53,208 nucleotides of DNA from assembly GCF_001194135.2 (NCBI RefSeq), contig NC_068996.1:2745017-2798224 (forward strand), written 5' to 3'. Positions 51,317 to 53,208 of this stretch are shown here, piece by piece; the stretch's first letter is position 1, and each line of letters starts with the position of its first letter. The DNA comes from Octopus bimaculoides. Taxonomy: Eukaryota. Below the pieces are notes generated by a model that did no database searches, was not told the origin of the DNA, and saw only the letters and a list, made by a program, of their open reading frames with translations. Position numbers and translations under genes: made by a program.

Positions 51317-52052
51317 CAGATTAAAATGGTGACACTGCAAAGAATTTGTGTTGTGCCTAGAAATGTGAATTTCCTAGAGTCCATGTTTCTAATTATTTTT
51401 ATCTAATTCTAATGCTCCAATTAAAATGGAAACCGTCTTTACATTATTTATGCTTGTGTAACCTAGTTTTCCAACTGCTTTCTATACCACACTAAATTGT
51501 TATATTTTGATAGTGTTAAATACTTTCCAATATCTCAACATTGTTAGTTTTTTAGACTCTTCTTAAGAAATGTTTTGTTCAAAATATTTCTAAGCTGTTG
51601 AAATATTGATAAAAAAAACATATTTTTATCAGCAAACTTTCAGTTATGATGTTTAGGTTGCTTTACATGATTTTGACATCAGTTTTCTACAAAATCATCC
51701 CTAAATATTGATCATTTGCAGTTACAGAATATGGTAATTATTTATACCATCTGCTTTCTGTTTTTACTGGGTAAAAGCTTGCAAATTTCTCAGTCAACAC
51801 AACTATTTACTTCATCATGCTTGCATGACCTGATCAGTAAAAACTAGCTTCAGAGAATGAGTTTGATTGTTTTCAGTTCTCATTATGACTGTCTTCTGAT
51901 AGAATCAGTGAAGTGCTTTCAGTTTTATTTTTACGTTTTTGTTATTCAAATAACTGCTTCTAGTAACATTTCATCCATAAAAGTAGTTGAAATAATTCCT
52001 ATACATTTCTGACAAATTTGTGTTCTTGTTCGAACTTAAAATAATAATAATA

Positions 52053-52095
<43 letters not shown>

Positions 52096-52139
52096 CGATG
52101 ACGATGATGATGATGATGATGATGCAGTATCAGGGAATG

Positions 52140-52710
52140 GTTATGTCCTAATTCAGTACCAGGCAGTGGCTCTCATGGCTTCTGATCTCACTTGATTGGA
52201 AGTGGTTATCATGTACATTGTTTTGTCTTGATATAAAAGATGGGCTACAGCAAATATTCTGCTTAATACCACAGATTTGCTTGTCAGTTGTTTGACCTTA
52301 ACCAGTTGAGCAAGTCCCTTGGTGATTGACGATATGTGCATCTCTGATCACGAGAAGTAGTGAGAGAGCATCATAGCCATGTGTTGAGAGGAATTCTTTG
52401 GGGTTTGAAAAATTCACCCTTGGAATCATGGGTGTTTTGCTCAACATCCTTAAACAAACCTTATTCAGGGACCTTTTGAGCAGGAAGGGCTACTTGACCT
52501 GAAGAAAATTCTAACTGGGCCCCACCTGCAAGGTCATGCGCAGTTTATCTTCATATGAGATCACCATTTCACGCACATATGGTCGTGATGCATGTGCCCG
52601 GTATACCCTTATCAGATGTAGTCATGATGGACTCATATTTGCACCCCAGTATCACTTTGATGGTATGTGTTGTTCTCTCACTCAATAATAATAATAATAA
52701 TGATAATAAT
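52140..52710 (+). repeat. About 540-bp non-coding interspersed repeat between (GAT)n and (AAT)n tracts
   Basis: Second partial copy at 4475-4680; ends ctctcactc followed by (AAT)n. Confidence 0.65.
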
Positions 52711-52711
52711 A

Positions 52712-52880
52712 AGCACCGGGCTGAAGGAGCAGCACCGGACTGAATAACAACATGGATGTGCTACACCGGGCTCCCTATACAAAAACATATCTAATCCAAT
52801 AACATCGATGGAATTAGGCAACAGAACAGGTGGAAGATTTGAAGGAAGCGGTCTTTTAAAGAAGATAATTTAAAAAAAAA
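52712..52880 (+). mobile_element. Possible LINE 3' fragment after (AAT)n, ending in an A-rich tail
   Basis: Decayed reading MDVLHRAPYTKTYLIQ*HRWN*ATEQVEDLKEAVF* followed by A12; family not identified. Confidence 0.3.
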
Positions 52881-53208
52881 AAATTTTTTATTCTTAAAAA
52901 ATGAAATTTCACTGCAATACAAAGCACAGGACCTCCTATGCACGATGTCTCAATGAAACACGTGCGATCACACACGCAAAACCAACACTGGAAAGTTTAC
53001 AAACTATATAAAAAAGAAACGGAACAAAATAGTAAGTACATATATTGAATAATTACGCATACACTCGAACGTGTACACAATGATATATACGTTTTGATAC
53101 CCATAGAACTACACATGCATCTCAATGTTTACACAACTACGTGAAAATCACAGGACACACTCACGCATACGAAAACACATATCACAAACGAAGCAAAACC
53201 AAAACTTT

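Overview
Eukaryotic, very AT-rich, microsatellite- and transposon-dense draft-assembly sequence with 9 N-gaps. The repeat landscape suggests a coleoid cephalopod, probably Octopus; this is an inference from recognising the repeats, not a database result. The only host gene supported is the 3' half of a + strand MICU2/3-family gene (mitochondrial calcium uptake protein, most like MICU3). Its four coding exons (18675-18852, 19096-19204, 28097-28254, 33573-33650) splice in frame through GT-AG introns. They give 173 residues, including a canonical EF-hand and the C-terminal Cys helix. Nearly all other ORFs in the track are microsatellite or repeat artefacts. The rest of the window is decayed mobile DNA: RTE, CR1/L2-like, R4/Dong-like and Tx1-like LINEs, three tRNA-derived SINE families, four Tc1/mariner lineages plus a pogo/Tigger remnant, a hAT MITE with a perfect 8-bp TSD, a Helitron-like element and a foldback MITE. 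Best leads: (1) an in-phase candidate alternative terminal MICU3 exon lacking the C-terminal Cys; (2) two apparently microsatellite-targeted retrotransposons flanking the last exon, one Tx1-like in (GATA/GGTA)n and one Dong-like in (TAA)n; (3) minimal hammerhead-ribozyme motifs in the last intron; (4) a copy-number-variable 66-bp double-hairpin array in RTE 3' ends. No prokaryotic system or CRISPR array is supported.
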